From NCBI GenBank assembly GCA_964247055.1, contig OZ176050.1:12648001-12712000 (forward strand): 64,000 nucleotides of DNA, written 5' to 3'. Of the stretch, positions 62,172 through 64,000 are shown one piece after another. How positions within the stretch are numbered: the first letter of the stretch is position 1; every line of letters begins with the position of its first letter. The stretch comes from Paragordius varius. Its lineage: Eukaryota > Animalia > Nematomorpha. Position numbers and translations under genes: made by a program. A model generated the notes under the pieces. It was given only the letters and a program-made list of their open reading frames with translations. It was not told the DNA's origin and did no database searches.

Positions 62172-64000
62172 GCTTGATAAATGATCTAACGAATGAATGA
62201 TGCGTATATAGATTACGCTATCTTTGAGTAAATATAAAAATTTGATCCATTATTTAAATTTAAAAAATGGGTCTTGAAAAATAATCATAGAGGTTTTTAG
62301 TTTGAAAATATGTCTATAATATGATTGCAATTATTGTCAATTCCTGATATCATAATACAGTGTGAGTAAATATACATTGCTTACGCCAAATATTGCCATA
62401 TAGCATATGCAGGGATAAGCATTTATTTAATATGAGTAAAAAGATAACTCCAATAATACATCCATGTATATGCTATCTGGTAATAGAAACTGAAAACTAA
62501 CGATTCTTGTTTATTCACTGTTATGCGATATTTCATTAGCACATTTTCTCTAAATCATGTAGCCCAAAATACACATAACCCTTACTTCTAACACTGAACG
62601 GAGGGTATAATGGGGTTTAATATACATCACACATTTATATTGGCATAAGGTGCGGCCGGCAGGATCTAGTACCATGTAATTCTCCGGCAAAAATATTTTC
62701 TTGAATACCTGCGCTGCGCTCTAAATAAATAATATTAACATTAAAAGATATTGATTAATTAGAGTATAAAACAATGCATACATAATATATATAAATATAT
62801 TTATTAGCATAAAATATATAAGTCGCATCGATGGATCGGCGCGGAGTTAGCAACAGAATGTAGTTAAGGCGTTGGAAAATAGACTATGCATAAAAGTATG
62901 GAGTGCGATACGGGAAACTGCATATTTTTTTAATTACTACTGATCTGAAAGGCAAAATTTTATTATCGATTGCCTATTATTCAAAAGTGAAAAGGCTCTA
63001 AAAAACAGCTTTTCCATTTTCGATGCCGTTTAAAAAAAATCACCCCAAAATTTCGATATAATTAATTTAAAATACGTTATTGTTTCTCCTGAATTATTTT
63101 TGCAGTAATTTGGAATTATTTGAATTTAGCAATAATTAAATATGTAACATTAATCTTTGATTACTGTTAATAATATTTGTCGAATGTAAAAATAAAAAAT
63201 TCCTAAATAATAAATAAATTCAATTCTAAGTAAGTAATTATATTATTAATCAATATATTCTAAATTTATCAGTATATTTTTTGTGCAAAAGGTGTATTTT
63301 GAGACAACATTACTTATATCTACATTATTAATTTAATTTTTAAATCCTCAATCACTGTTTACATTAGCCATTTTATTTTCCTTCTAACATAGCGTTACAG
63401 TCTCCAAAGATATATAACATGGCATTTCGAAAATTCAGGCTATTATTACAATTACGACACTCAAGACTGGATCATTCATTGATTTAACAGAATATGCAAT
63501 TAATTGGAAAGTAGAGGTACCTCACAGATTTGGCCATAACATTAAAAGCACAGAGGAGTTTTCGAATAAATTTTTTTATTATGTTTTATTGATATTTACT
63601 CGTAAATTAGAGTTTGGCTATGTCACATATTAGGACATACAATAAATACGTTTTTTATTAAGTTTTTAGTTTCTAGAAACATAAAACATGCTGTTTGTTT
63701 TATTATTATCATCGCATATTCTGGTAATAGGATCAACTACAAAAAGTATATATATAAATTATTTATTGATTAATATAATATAATAATTTTGCATATGTGA
63801 TCAGTAAATCGGGTCAAATTACTATTTTAAGATTTTTTTGAATATTTAACAATGATTATGTCAAATTTCATTTTTATCCAGCTCATGATTATAAATTTAA
63901 CAAAATTTGTTGTAACCAAAGACATATAAAATAATAATTTGATTTTTTGGTTTATCATCACACGGGCTTTATAAGAACTATTTAAATATTTCTATTCATC

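Noticed and set aside
62640-62940. GC-rich patches upstream of the folate-receptor-like gene as ncRNA or promoter
   Set aside because: No tRNA/snRNA/snoRNA motifs, TIR or TSD identified.
63420-63625. ~65-codon open frame without ATG
   Set aside because: No recognisable motif or convincing splice partners.

Overview
This is very AT-rich, intron-containing animal (invertebrate) nuclear DNA using the standard code; the species cannot be fixed from sequence alone. I reconstructed six protein-coding genes by hand using GT-AG boundaries with consistent exon phase: COX18 (-, 5 exons), an MFSD5-like transporter (+, 13 exons), a plasma-membrane Ca2+ ATPase PMCA (-, 21 shared exons plus two alternative terminal exons), MED11 (+, 3 exons), ASPSCR1/TUG (-, intronless) and a folate-receptor-family gene (-, 2 exons). 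The remainder is AT-rich DNA with many transposon relics: RTE LINE fragments, a Ty3/Gypsy pol fragment nested in an RTE, a Penelope-like GIY-YIG relic, hAT elements with 8-bp TSDs, and several TA- or TTAA-flanked MITE families. The most striking signal is in the splicing and gene architecture. Five introns of only 23-30 nt, each carrying an in-frame stop if retained, coexist with kb-scale introns. Only 13 of 40 donors have +5G. The MED11 and ASPSCR1 stop codons abut with zero gap, and the COX18 and MFSD5 start codons are 51 bp apart. I recognised no tRNA, rRNA or CRISPR. All family assignments come from recalled motifs; no database search was run.
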